Origin: a virus
Taxonomy: Duplodnaviria > Caudoviricetes
IMG/VR virus record: IMGVR_UViG_3300024249_000001
Location: 935-64,934 of that record
DNA: 64,000 nucleotides
Direction: 5' to 3' (one strand)
The translations under genes were made by a program, and so were the position numbers. The notes under the pieces are model-generated. The model made no database searches. It was not told the DNA's origin and saw nothing but the letters and a program-made list of their open reading frames with translations. Below are positions 18,301 through 27,345 of the stretch, piece after piece; position 1 is the first letter of the stretch; every line of letters begins with the position of its first letter.

Positions 18301-19742
18301 GCACAAACTACAGTGGTCGATGTCACGTTGGAGATCGGGCACATGAAGCGGCCGGTTCCAGGGCCGTCTACAGTCGTCCATGCGATGGTGATCCAGGCAA
18401 CTCCGGCAAGTGGGACACGCTGGTCTACTGTGGTCGTGAAGAACTGATTCCCCTGCACCCAGGAGAACGTCCCCGCGAGCGGAGTGCCAAGAGCGGGAGC
18501 CGCCGCGAGAGCAATCGGAGCCATATTGTCAGCGGTGCCCTTCTCCGCTAGATCCCCGAAGGTCCAAGGGTTCGAGCCGTAGGGCGTGAGCGGTCCAAGC
18601 AGGTTATTTTGGATCGCGGAGAGGCCAGTGATGCAGATGCCGTTCGCGTCGGTCGTGCAGGGGTTTGTTGGCGCTGCTCCTGGATTTGCCGATCCTACCC
18701 ATGCCGGATTGGTAAGAGACGCATAGTATAGATTAGTTCCGTCCGTCGTGATCTCATTCAATGAAAGCTCTGAGGTTCCGAAGTAGAACACCGAGGTTGC
18801 TAGTGTCCCTGGAGTGATCCGGCCTAGAGCACTGCGTTGCGTGCTGGTGTTTACAAAAGTCGCCCAGACATAAGTGCCGTCGAAGATGCAACCGCCATCA
18901 GAGGACCATCCTGCGCCGAGCGTCGGCGTGAAGTCGATCAAGGTCTGGCTGGTGAGGTTCGTCCGGTCGATGCGAATGACATTCGCGCCGGTTGTGTTTG
19001 GCGAAGTGGACTCCGATTGGATGTAAATATACGTCCCGTCGAAAGCCATCTCCTGCGGAGAGACAAACGCGACCGTCAGGTCTTGGGAATCTTCGGCTGT
19101 GAAAGTAGCGGTGTCGATCCTGGAAATCTCAGTCGGTATCGTGGAGGTGGACGAGTATAGTTTCCCATGCGCTGCATCGTAGACCATCGCGTGCGGGTTG
19201 CTGCGATTGCCATACGTGATATTGGAGACCCGTGCATAATCGGACAGGCGGTAACGGATAAGCGCGGAGGAGTTCAGTGGAGAGTTCTGATTCTTCACGA
19301 CATACAAGTATGTTCCGTCCGAAACCATCGTCCCGATGCTCGCCACGTTCGCTGGAGGAACCGTGTCGGAAACAACGTCGGTTGATGTTAGTGTCGTTGG
19401 ATCTACTTCTCCGATGGTCACGTTGGTTTGCGTCAGGAACCCGCCGAACAGGACATAGAGCTTCCCCTTAGACGGCACATAAATCACCGTGGAGGGATGC
19501 TTGTGGTTCCCGTCATTGGGAAATGTGACGCTATTGGTGGTAGCTCCAGTGGTCGGATTGATCTGGAGAAGTTGCCCCGGATCGGTGAAGGTCACGACCC
19601 AATAGGAGCCTAACGCATAGGTGCCGCCCTCGATAAAGTTCTGCCCGGTCGAGAGCGTCTGGAACCAACGAGGCGTTATGGTCTGCCCGAACGCCAGCGA
19701 CGCGACGAGCGCTAGCAGACCTGCTTGGATGCCGGACTTCAT
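15321..19742 (-). CDS. large secreted multidomain protein (1473 aa): beta-propeller-like region, central domain, five He_PIG Ig repeats, C-terminal dockerin-like domain
   Basis: Signal peptide MKSGIQAGLLALVASLAFG-Q; repeated ITS..PLP.G...Y.F...ATG...ITWS.TGLP.WA.L...G.L.GTP; C-terminus NVLDIQLQTNMALG...DVQRVVNASLGQGC. Confidence 0.85.
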   Translation of the reverse strand: MKSGIQAGLLALVASLAFGQTITPRWFQTLSTGQNFIEGGTYALGSYWVVTFTDPGQLLQINPTTGATTNSVTFPNDGNHKHPSTVIYVPSKGKLYVLFGGFLTQTNVTIGEVDPTTLTSTDVVSDTVPPANVASIGTMVSDGTYLYVVKNQNSPLNSSALIRYRLSDYARVSNITYGNRSNPHAMVYDAAHGKLYSSTSTIPTEISRIDTATFTAEDSQDLTVAFVSPQEMAFDGTYIYIQSESTSPNTTGANVIRIDRTNLTSQTLIDFTPTLGAGWSSDGGCIFDGTYVWATFVNTSTQRSALGRITPGTLATSVFYFGTSELSLNEITTDGTNLYYASLTNPAWVGSANPGAAPTNPCTTDANGICITGLSAIQNNLLGPLTPYGSNPWTFGDLAEKGTADNMAPIALAAAPALGTPLAGTFSWVQGNQFFTTTVDQRVPLAGVAWITIAWTTVDGPGTGRFMCPISNVTSTTVVCADGDFQQPSQSGMTGYLMPPPNSYGCDFQCWTTENPSTVWNYYDVAIALYRLWIRTGNATYLTQARAYADIQWQWTLDHGYRRQLAPRAAAMISQFFRVTEGHTERLPGLYTWISSEIPRWADPSASPAIDNREAGYVLWDIALGAKVDTDPTRHAQYCSWLSTYTSIWNSVQAPDGSWPEAEYEINPTFVAAPKAFASPFLYPGAPWREAINVKAMEASYESLNDNGAQGCNNPSLAAATLAVITKAVTWQNNYGRDTSNRGIYYEVNSQSNDQLTISPGAGTVAITHGSTSIVGSGTNFLAQCTSNPFIGLNTPRTIYKFSSCADNTHATLTVPYGLYGEIGNLSGSAVAYAPSASAACHSSATYCNNGTGDRNLTRTVCGGIAWLYAQTFNATYLAWTNECLAAQLGGPTAGLTSAANEGLKTLPCSGPACDGLVTDTWEAAANCNTTSPVNTPPCLFGNLGADNITILGKNYGEAFGAPGIDNALGWRLASSAPVITTTNPLPSGTIGTPYSFAFAATGSGTITWSATGLPSWATLSSAGLLNGTPNAVATTTMSVRATNSAGSAGPTNFSLTIAGIPPVITSMSPLPGGTNGTPYSFQFAATGTSPVTWSATGLPAWASLSASGLLTGTPNVSTTTILAVTASNVAGTDGPHNFSLTVVTPPVAPTITSTSPLPNGTLGTGYSFQFAAGGSAPITWSGTGLPGWASLSSAGMLTGTPNAVAVSTLHVTATNGTGSDGPHDFSLTVTGVAPSITSTTPLPGATAGTAYSYQFTATGTAPITWGATGLPSWASLSSVGALTGTPPTAASSSFAVTATNSTGSDGPRTFTLTIANPNLAPIITSVSPLPNGAVGTPYSYTFRATGTTPINWTSTGLPSWATLGITGILTGTPSVSGTTSFNVTATNTFGVAGPSPFSITIAGVTPPLPTCAPATHAVPPVLPNVLDIQLQTNMALGIVGCTNSITQSGSCSATDVQRVVNASLGQGCVIGP
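15533..16812 (-). repeat. five tandem ~85-aa He_PIG (putative Ig) repeats
   Basis: Repeats visible in the translation; boundaries approximate. Confidence 0.85.
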
Positions 19743-20521
19743 TAGAAGATCGTTCCGTGCCCCGGCGTCAGGCTTCCGGTTGCAGCCGTTGACTTGAATG
19801 ACGCAATTCCGGCGACTGCCGTAACTGGAGTACCCATCGCCCATTGTGGGTTCGCCGCCGCCGCCGATGTTTGAATCAAATAAGCCAAGGACACACCCCA
19901 GCTATTGACTGTGTAATCCGTAGTCCCTCCGGTTGGGATTGTGAAACCGCCATTGATAGAAACCGTTGATCCCATGAAATATCCGAGTCCAGCTATCACG
20001 AGTTCATTATTCTGCCCAGGCGTAATACTCCCCGTTGTCAAAGTTGTAGTTGCTGCCCCATTATTCCCATTCTGCTGATCGAATGGACTAGATGCGACTC
20101 CAGCAAATGCAGCAACACTCAAAGCTGGATAAGTTGCTCCGCCAGAAAGCGTAAACGTGTGACTCGCGTTTGTCGTTGGAGCTTGTTTGTAATAGATCGT
20201 AAGCTGTGGCTGGGACGAGCCATTCCATACCGTGAGAGCGGTATAACTATTAGACTGATTGTCGCTAAAAGTCTGACTTCCGCCGCTGATCTTAATAGTC
20301 ACAGCCACAATAAGGTTAGCCCCAACGGTGCTAATCGCAGCCGTTGTTACGTTGGTGGTATCCGACGATCCAGCGCTCTTGTTATTTCCTATCGTGATCG
20401 CGGCTTTTAGTTCTGGGACAACGATAAGAGACGATGCGGCGGCGACCCACAGACCGCCGCGCTTGATAAACTTCCTTCTCGTATCGAGATCAAACGAATC
20501 AGGATTGTTCGCTAGTCGCAT
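19742..20521 (-). CDS. Tat-exported beta-sandwich protein
   Basis: TRRKFIK twin-arginine motif, then a hydrophobic stretch and ELKA-A; start set by an upstream small ORF. Confidence 0.7.
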   Translation of the reverse strand: MRLANNPDSFDLDTRRKFIKRGGLWVAAASSLIVVPELKAAITIGNNKSAGSSDTTNVTTAAISTVGANLIVAVTIKISGGSQTFSDNQSNSYTALTVWNGSSQPQLTIYYKQAPTTNASHTFTLSGGATYPALSVAAFAGVASSPFDQQNGNNGAATTTLTTGSITPGQNNELVIAGLGYFMGSTVSINGGFTIPTGGTTDYTVNSWGVSLAYLIQTSAAAANPQWAMGTPVTAVAGIASFKSTAATGSLTPGHGTIF

Positions 20522-20646
20522 TTTAGTAACGCACTTGGCTTGCAGCCAATCGCGTTTGGCCCAAAGGTTATGATCAAGACGTAGGCAGCATAAAACAATC
20601 CCACGTAGACACAAAGAGTAATCGCATACCGGGCATGTATCTTCAT
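20512..20646 (-). CDS. 44-aa membrane peptide (MKIHARYAITLCVYVGLFYAAYVLIITFG...)
   Basis: Read manually; ATGA overlap with the upstream stop; one TM helix. Confidence 0.5.
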   Translation of the reverse strand: MKIHARYAITLCVYVGLFYAAYVLIITFGPNAIGCKPSALLKCD

Positions 20647-22739
20647 TGGTCACACTCCAAAACCGCGTTAAGGAATTTAGCTGTAGCTACCGCTGTGGGT
20701 TGGACCGCCATGATGTCATTGGCTGTGACGGTAGTTGTAGTGAAATCACTCACGGTCGTGGAGTGAATCGCCGTACCACTAGAAATCGCCACGCCAGACG
20801 TGTTGATCGAATTGGAGATCGTCGGAATCGCCGTCCCGGTGGCGATCTTCCAGAACTTGACCGTGATCGTCCCGGCGTCAATCAGGAGATTATAGGCGCT
20901 GATCGTGCAGGCGAAAGGGACTGTTAAATAAGTAACCGCTGCCGTTGTCAAGGCGCTAGAGTTTCCGGGATCGCCAAGCGTGAAGCCAATCCCGCGAGCT
21001 TTCATGCGGTCTACATAGGCAGTAGAAGCTAGCTTCGTACTATTATCGTCAGCAGCCACCGTCGCCGTGGTCGTGTTCGACATAACGCCACTCGCAGGTG
21101 TACCGAGAGCGGGAGTAACAAACGTAGGTGAAGTTAGCGTGGAACCAATGGCAAGCCATGTATTCGTTGCGGAGCAGTAATAGAGCGTCTGCCCTGTGTT
21201 GCCGTTCGTTTTATTAAACCAATCCACGCCAGAAGTGCAAGCCGCAGGCAGGCTGGTTCCGGACTGAAATGGAGATGTGTACCCGGCTGATCTGAAGTCA
21301 ACCGCGTGCGAAGATGTGCGACCACTGCCGCCGTTCTCGGTCGATGAGCTAATCATGAGCGGTATAATCGTGCCGGGGCAGTCCGAGTTCCCGCCCGCCC
21401 AATTGTCATTGCTGACCAGAAATCCCAAGTGGAACGAGTTGTACTGCGCCATCGTGCAGACCTGCGACCCCGTATAGTTATTGTTCATCGCGTAGAGGTT
21501 CGCATTGTCACCATCCGTGTTGGCGAACACAGTGTTAGCGCTACCGTAGAGTTTATTGCCGATGAAAATCAGGTTGACCGTCTGGCTGGCGTCAATGGAA
21601 GGAACACCCGCAGAAAGCGCCGCTTCCATCGTATTCCCGGTAAACGTAAGTGGCGGGTCGATTGCATGGCCTGTGACTACCAGCAACTGTCCCCCGCCTT
21701 CTGAATTCAAGCCCTTGATCGTCTGCGCCTCTGACCAGTTGGCTAGTTTGAATTCTATGGTGTTCGATTGAGTCTGCCAATTTTCAGCCTGAAAACTGCC
21801 GTTAGTTTCATTCAGAGCATTTGTGCAGTACGTGATTTGGGCATGATAAAATTGCTGAGTCTTAGCATTGGATGATGGCCCTAACTGAATCCCAATTCCT
21901 CCCGCTGCGGGCTTACCAGCAGTTCCACAAACTACCACAAGATCATAGAACTTCATATTCTCAACGTTATTGGCGGAAGTCGGAGCGATGCTGATGCCTT
22001 TGAACGTCGAGCGATTCACGTTCTCATAAACTGTCACGCGACGGAAGGTATTGTCGGTTGTGATCTGCGATGGCGATGCGTCCTGGTCAATCACAATCCC
22101 CACGTCGGCTTGGTTCGGCCCTGCGTCAGTAACAATCGTGAATCCCTCGAATAGAGAGTCCTGAGTCTTGATGCTCATCACGGTCCCACCAGCAGCGCCG
22201 TACCAGAGGAAGGATGATCCAGCCGTGGTCGGCGTTTGCGTTCCGCGTGATTCCCCGAGGGCGATGAATCGAAGTTGGCTCAACACGGGAATATTGATCG
22301 TGCTAGTAACTTTAGTCTGACAGGGATTTGGCATTATCACGGTATGTTGTGTGATCGTCCCCGCTGCGATTGCGGCAAATAGCGTGTTCCACGCGCTTGT
22401 GTCATCGGTCGATCCATCGCAAGTTACCCCTTGCTGAAGCGGGTTAATCGGAACGGATTTGCCTGAGCATACACCGAAGGTCGATGCGCTTGCCCAGCAC
22501 TGCATATCCTGTACCGATGTACCAGCGGGGGAGCTACCCCCGCCACCTGCAGCCGCGCCCCAGATCCCAGATTGGCAGGTATAAAGCGTGCCATTGGGTG
22601 TGAGCAGGTCAATTCCGGTTGCATTGCACGTCCCAGACGGCGCGACGGTCACATAAGCGATCTGGCGGTTGACGACCTGGCCCAATGCCCCCAGGACGAG
22701 GAAGACTAGCAGCAGGAGCAGCTTGAGTGTGCGTTCCAT
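20643..22739 (-). CDS. secreted tailspike-like beta-helix (pectate-lyase-fold) protein
   Basis: Signal peptide MERTLKLLLLLVFLVLGALG-Q; GVTCDGSTDDTSA motif; Asn/Thr-rich beta-helix. Confidence 0.75.
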   Translation of the reverse strand: MERTLKLLLLLVFLVLGALGQVVNRQIAYVTVAPSGTCNATGIDLLTPNGTLYTCQSGIWGAAAGGGGSSPAGTSVQDMQCWASASTFGVCSGKSVPINPLQQGVTCDGSTDDTSAWNTLFAAIAAGTITQHTVIMPNPCQTKVTSTINIPVLSQLRFIALGESRGTQTPTTAGSSFLWYGAAGGTVMSIKTQDSLFEGFTIVTDAGPNQADVGIVIDQDASPSQITTDNTFRRVTVYENVNRSTFKGISIAPTSANNVENMKFYDLVVVCGTAGKPAAGGIGIQLGPSSNAKTQQFYHAQITYCTNALNETNGSFQAENWQTQSNTIEFKLANWSEAQTIKGLNSEGGGQLLVVTGHAIDPPLTFTGNTMEAALSAGVPSIDASQTVNLIFIGNKLYGSANTVFANTDGDNANLYAMNNNYTGSQVCTMAQYNSFHLGFLVSNDNWAGGNSDCPGTIIPLMISSSTENGGSGRTSSHAVDFRSAGYTSPFQSGTSLPAACTSGVDWFNKTNGNTGQTLYYCSATNTWLAIGSTLTSPTFVTPALGTPASGVMSNTTTATVAADDNSTKLASTAYVDRMKARGIGFTLGDPGNSSALTTAAVTYLTVPFACTISAYNLLIDAGTITVKFWKIATGTAIPTISNSINTSGVAISSGTAIHSTTVSDFTTTTVTANDIMAVQPTAVATAKFLNAVLECDQ

Positions 22740-22789
22740 TTGTGGCAATGCTAACACGTTCGGGGCGGGATTAGAATAGAATGTTCGTC

Positions 22790-23491
22790 ATGGCGGTCAA
22801 ACCCAGGCGGATGTTAACAAAAGAGCGGGACGGCGCCCGCGGCTTGGTGCCGACCGGAGCCGACGCGCACCTCGATACGGAGTACGCGCGGTATCTGGAT
22901 GATATTGGTCTCGCCTCGGACCCGGCGCTCAAGGCAGCGCTCGCCAGTTCGCCGGACATCCGGTTCCAGCTGTTCCTGAAATACCTCGCGCTCCCCTCGT
23001 CGGCAAAGACGAAGCACCCGCTGGTTTACTGTGCCAAGCGCGCGACGATCGACATGTCGGAAATGATGGCGTGGGTGTCGAAGGCGCACAACGCCCGCGC
23101 GCTCGCGCTCGCCCAGGCAGCGGCGCCGAAGATCAACCAGGCGATGGCGGTCGATGCCGAGTCGCGATTCGTTGCGTGCGAGCGCTGCGACGGGTTTGGT
23201 TATGTCTCAACCGATCCGGGTCTGCCGGAAGACACGCCTGGGTATCGGCTGCTGCGTCAGGACGTCGAGACGGGGAAAGATATTTGGGTCAGGACCTGCC
23301 CGAATGGTTGTGATCGCGGGAAGCTCCGTGAGCCGGGGAATGAGTTCGCGCGGGAACGGCTCTTGGAGCAATCCGGGCTGATAAATAAGAAAGGGATCGG
23401 GCTACAACTGGTCCAGCACTTTGGGGGGCAGTCGATGCCTTCAGCGGTGTCACGCCTGGACGTGATGACCATCGACGTTGAGCCGGGATAA
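22790..23491 (+). CDS. hypothetical protein, possible terminase small subunit, with a Zn-finger insert
   Basis: First gene of the packaging operon; CERCDGFG...CPNGCDRG. Confidence 0.4.
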   Translation: MAVKPRRMLTKERDGARGLVPTGADAHLDTEYARYLDDIGLASDPALKAALASSPDIRFQLFLKYLALPSSAKTKHPLVYCAKRATIDMSEMMAWVSKAHNARALALAQAAAPKINQAMAVDAESRFVACERCDGFGYVSTDPGLPEDTPGYRLLRQDVETGKDIWVRTCPNGCDRGKLREPGNEFARERLLEQSGLINKKGIGLQLVQHFGGQSMPSAVSRLDVMTIDVEPG

Positions 23492-23619
23492 TCCTGGGGG
23501 CTGCCATACTTTGCCGGGTAAGCCGCGGCGCCTTTCCCTGGCGTTTCTGGACTTAGGCCCCCATCGGTTGCAAGTGTACCAGCTTTACAACGTGCAATGC
23601 AATCGAATACACTAATCCC

Positions 23620-23862
23620 ATGCTCTTCAAGCTCGGCTCACGGATCAGTCAGTTCCTCCATCCGTTCCATTCGATCGCGAAGTCGCTCGCGGTGATTGCC
23701 GAACTCTACGAACTAGAACTCGCCGAGCGCAAGCCCGCGATCCGCCGGGTCACTGAAGCGCCCTCCCGCTCTGATACCACGGTCATGTACACCGGACGCG
23801 AGGACGAGCGGGAAGATCCCTTCGCGCCGGAGGACGACGAGTGGGAAGGCTCGCTCAGTTAA
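23620..23862 (+). CDS. hypothetical protein
   Basis: TTTACA-N18-TACACT 6 nt upstream of the ATG. Confidence 0.6.
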   Translation: MLFKLGSRISQFLHPFHSIAKSLAVIAELYELELAERKPAIRRVTEAPSRSDTTVMYTGREDEREDPFAPEDDEWEGSLS

Positions 23863-24017
23863 TGCGAGAGATCAAGAATCACGGTGATTGCAAGCACGTC
23901 GAAGAGAACGCGCCCCGGCATCAGTGCCCGTATCGCTATGACGTGTACAACGATCCCGACCCGGAATATTGTAACTGCTGCGAAGCCTGCACGACGGAAT
24001 GCGCGCAGGATATTTGA
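23862..24017 (+). CDS. small Cys-rich protein
   Basis: Read manually; TAATG coupling; CNCCEACTTEC. Confidence 0.5.
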   Translation: MREIKNHGDCKHVEENAPRHQCPYRYDVYNDPDPEYCNCCEACTTECAQDI

Positions 24018-25274
24018 ATGTATTCGCCCAACATAACTGACCGGAGGCTCTTCGCCGCGCAGAAAGCCGGACTGAAGTTCAAGCGGCTCTCTCGGGATCG
24101 CTCGCTGGAGATCGCCGGCAAGCTGGAGAAACTCCGCCGCGCGCAGGATGGCGCTCTCTTACCAGACGGGCAGTTAGCGCGGCCACTAGACGCCGCCGAG
24201 AACGAGTTCATCGAAAGCGAGCGGATTCTCTGCAAGGCGGACTTCGAATACTACCTCTCGCGATACCACGCGCTGGATCGGGACCCGGGAGTCGGAACCG
24301 AGAGTGGGATCGGTCCGGCGAAGCTGCTAGAGTCCCAGCGCAAGTTCATCCGCGATCTTGGTCGGCGCGAGGAAGTGGTCCACGCGGAGTACGCGCGGCA
24401 TAAGCACACCGCCGGGATCCTGGTCTACGCGCACAAGTGCCGGCAGGTGGCGTTCACCGCGACGGCGGGCGCGGCGAAGATTCACCGGATGCTCTTCTGG
24501 CCCGGGACCAGGGCATTCGCCGCGACGCTCAAAGACGGTCCCGCAGGGACGGGCGAGCTCTACAAGCGCGATCTCACGGCGATTCAGAACCTCCCGTTCT
24601 GGCTGTATCCCGGCGATCCGTATCCGAACGTGAAGGATGAGGAGATCGGGTTCCGCGCGCCGCTCTCGACCCGGATGAGCTACCAGGCCGAGAACCAACA
24701 GACCGGGATTGGGACTGGGACCCAGCAGGATGTTTCGCACCTGACCGAGGTTCCGCTCTGGAGTTATCCGCAGCGCATACGATATTCGTTCATCCCGTCC
24801 ATTCCCAAGAGCATCGGCACGCTCCATGTGCAGGAGGGGACCAGCGCGGGGAAGGGCGGGTACTGGCAGGAGGTCTCCGAGCAATGCCGCGCCCGACGTG
24901 CAGGATTTGAAGATTGGATCTACATCTTCGTTCCCTGGTATCTCAACAGCACAAAGTACGTGGCAAACGCGCCTGATGACTGGCGGCCGGAGGAGCACAC
25001 GCTCAAGCACGCCGAGATGGTCGCGCGCACCTCGCCGGAGTTCAACAACGGCATGACGGTTCATCTCACGCGGAACCAGTTGTACTGGTGGCAATCTACC
25101 CGGGCGATGCACGCGCAGAATAATGAGACCGCGAGCTTCCTCGCGAACTATCCTGCGACGCCCGAGCAGAGCTTCACCAACTGGGCGCAGGGCGCGCTCC
25201 CGGTCGCGTTACTGGAGCGGATGGAACTCGATGTCCAGGACCCGAGACCATACGAGGTGCACGTCGCGACATGA
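24018..25274 (+). CDS. terL: terminase large subunit, ATPase part
   Basis: HKCRQVAFT (Walker A variant), VSHLTEV (Walker B), QEGTSAG (coupling motif). Confidence 0.85.
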   Translation: MYSPNITDRRLFAAQKAGLKFKRLSRDRSLEIAGKLEKLRRAQDGALLPDGQLARPLDAAENEFIESERILCKADFEYYLSRYHALDRDPGVGTESGIGPAKLLESQRKFIRDLGRREEVVHAEYARHKHTAGILVYAHKCRQVAFTATAGAAKIHRMLFWPGTRAFAATLKDGPAGTGELYKRDLTAIQNLPFWLYPGDPYPNVKDEEIGFRAPLSTRMSYQAENQQTGIGTGTQQDVSHLTEVPLWSYPQRIRYSFIPSIPKSIGTLHVQEGTSAGKGGYWQEVSEQCRARRAGFEDWIYIFVPWYLNSTKYVANAPDDWRPEEHTLKHAEMVARTSPEFNNGMTVHLTRNQLYWWQSTRAMHAQNNETASFLANYPATPEQSFTNWAQGALPVALLERMELDVQDPRPYEVHVAT

Positions 25275-25456
25275 CACCCAATCTACAAAAGCGTTGGTAT
25301 TGGAGTTGGGATTGGATCAAGCGCACATTTATTTGTTGGCGCTGTCACGGGCTGAAACTCCCCAAATGGCACGATCACGGCGACGGCTGGGGCGGCTATT
25401 TGATTTATTGCGCCCGCTGCCGTAATCATTTCAAGCGCACGGGTGCGATGCCATGA
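25271..25456 (+). CDS. 61-aa Zn-ribbon-like protein between the two terL parts
   Basis: CWRC and CARC pairs; ATGA overlaps at both ends; AT-richer than the flanks. Confidence 0.6.
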   Translation: MTPNLQKRWYWSWDWIKRTFICWRCHGLKLPKWHDHGDGWGGYLIYCARCRNHFKRTGAMP

Positions 25457-26367
25457 TTGAGTTCCCCGAGATGCTTCACGTCGCAGGCTCGCACATCGAG
25501 CCGTACTGCGAGGAGTCCTGGGAGAGCGTGCTGAACTCCAAGGACCCGCGCGGAATTTTGCTCATGTGGCACCCACCCCGCAAAGGCGCGACGTATATCA
25601 TGGGCGGCGATCCCACGCAGGGAATCACGGGCTGGTCGCGTGGGACGCGCGCGGACGGGGATCACAAGGTCGACAACGCCGCGCTTGAGATCTTCGAGGT
25701 CGACGGCCTCAAGGAGCCGATCCTGAACGAGCACGGCGTCCAGCTGATCGATGATCTGACCAAGCGCCCGCGCTGGCACTACCGGGATCTGCAGGTGGCC
25801 GAGTTCGCCGCGCCCTGCGACGCGGTGGAGTTCGCGAGGGTCGCGAACGTGCTCGGCCGGATCTACGCCGGAGACGAAGAGGACCAGTGCGAATTTATCT
25901 ACGAAGCATGGCCCGGCCCGGGGATGCTCACGACGCAGGAGCTGCTCAGGCTCGGATACGGGAACCTGTGGATGTGGGAGTACATTGACTCCGTCGCGGA
26001 GGAGACCACGCGGATCGGCTGGCGCTCCACACGCGAGTCGACCAAGCTGCTCTGGTACCGCGCCCGAAGACATCTCATGAATCGCAATGCGAAGATCAAT
26101 TCCAGGTTCCTGCTGGACGAATACGCGAACGCCGAGATCGACCTGGAGAAAATGCGCGCCCGCGCGGCATACGGATATCATGATGACCGGTTCGTCGCGG
26201 CGAACCTTGCGTTCTGGGGCGGGCATGCCTGGACGTATGAGGTGGAGCGGACGGAGGAGCCCGTGACCACTAAGGTGATCTCGGATTTTCAGCAAATGGC
26301 TCCCACGCTCGACTCCGGCGGGACTTACAGCGATTGGTTAGCGACCGCCACGGCGGACTGGGATTGA
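25453..26367 (+). CDS. terL: terminase large subunit, nuclease part
   Basis: YIMGGDPTQG (RNase H-fold Asp) and GYHDDRF motifs. Confidence 0.85.
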   Translation: MIEFPEMLHVAGSHIEPYCEESWESVLNSKDPRGILLMWHPPRKGATYIMGGDPTQGITGWSRGTRADGDHKVDNAALEIFEVDGLKEPILNEHGVQLIDDLTKRPRWHYRDLQVAEFAAPCDAVEFARVANVLGRIYAGDEEDQCEFIYEAWPGPGMLTTQELLRLGYGNLWMWEYIDSVAEETTRIGWRSTRESTKLLWYRARRHLMNRNAKINSRFLLDEYANAEIDLEKMRARAAYGYHDDRFVAANLAFWGGHAWTYEVERTEEPVTTKVISDFQQMAPTLDSGGTYSDWLATATADWD

Positions 26368-26398
26368 TCGCGCTCCTTGCACGGTGTATCATCAACGC

Positions 26399-26620
26399 AT
26401 GGCCCAGACGAAGACCGCTCCTGCTCCCAAGATGACCGAGGAAGTGCTCGACAAGAAGTGTTACATCACCAACTCGGTCGAGGAAGGCGGAGTGATTGTG
26501 CACTTCAAGATCGACCCCCAGGACTGGACGCGGCTCCAGCGCCGGATGGGTCCGCAGGACCCGGCGACTTATATGTGGGAGAACCACCTGTACCGGATGA
26601 TCATGGGGGCAGTCTACTGA
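26399..26620 (+). CDS. hypothetical protein
   Basis: TTGATC-N17-TATCAT 6 nt upstream of the ATG. Confidence 0.6.
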   Translation: MAQTKTAPAPKMTEEVLDKKCYITNSVEEGGVIVHFKIDPQDWTRLQRRMGPQDPATYMWENHLYRMIMGAVY

Positions 26621-26790
26621 TGCCACACGAACCCGAGTATTTACGCTTCTGGTTAGGAATGCTTATCATTGCCATCGTTAATCTCATTGTGGATCTGCGT
26701 ATGCCGCTGCCGACTTGGACATTCTTCTCGCAGCTAAGCGCATGGGCGCTATACTGTGCCTGGAAAGTACTTAACGCCAAGGCCGAATGA
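26620..26790 (+). CDS. small two-TM protein
   Basis: TGATG coupling; hydrophobic. Confidence 0.45.
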   Translation: MPHEPEYLRFWLGMLIIAIVNLIVDLRMPLPTWTFFSQLSAWALYCAWKVLNAKAE

Positions 26791-27245
26791 GACGGACGCT
26801 CTATCTCTGGTGGTGCGGCGGGTGCAAGACTCAGAACGCCGCCACGCACACGCATTGCATTCGCTGCGGTACATCGCGCAAGGAGAAGCATGCGCAGGTC
26901 CATACCTCCGAACGCGCGGTGGTCTACTACAATCCAGCGACTGGAGAGCGCCGCACGCCGCCCCGCGCGGACCAACCGATGCCTGAGGTCTATGCGCGAC
27001 AGGGTTACGAGCGGCGGGAGATCCTGAACATGACACAGTACGAGCGCGATACTGGACTCGTACATGAGGCGACTAGTTTCCATCCGGGAAACGAACCCTC
27101 ACCGAGCATGGACCCTCCGCATCCGAAGATGCCCCGCGAAGCACGCGAGCGTTTGATCGACGACGTCCGGGCGGCGATTGCGAGCGGGCCGTTCACGGAC
27201 GAGTCGCCGGATGGGCAAGTGTTCACCGCGGTCGCCCCAGTTTGA
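26787..27245 (+). CDS. Zn-ribbon hypothetical protein
   Basis: CGGC and CIRC pairs; ATGA overlap. Confidence 0.6.
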   Translation: MRRTLYLWWCGGCKTQNAATHTHCIRCGTSRKEKHAQVHTSERAVVYYNPATGERRTPPRADQPMPEVYARQGYERREILNMTQYERDTGLVHEATSFHPGNEPSPSMDPPHPKMPREARERLIDDVRAAIASGPFTDESPDGQVFTAVAPV

Positions 27246-27267
27246 TACAATATTGCTGCTAGGTGAC

Positions 27268-27310
27268 AACACATGAATGGCCCGGAGTCACGTCCCGGGC
27301 CATTTGTGTT
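27268..27310 (+). terminator. long hairpin, possible terminator, upstream of the portal gene
   Basis: AACACA-tg-AATGGCCCGG...CCGGGCCATT-TGTGTT, 16 bp with a 2-nt bulge. Confidence 0.55.
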
Positions 27311-27345
27311 TCTAATCACTAGAGTCCCGTGTATAATCGGGACCA

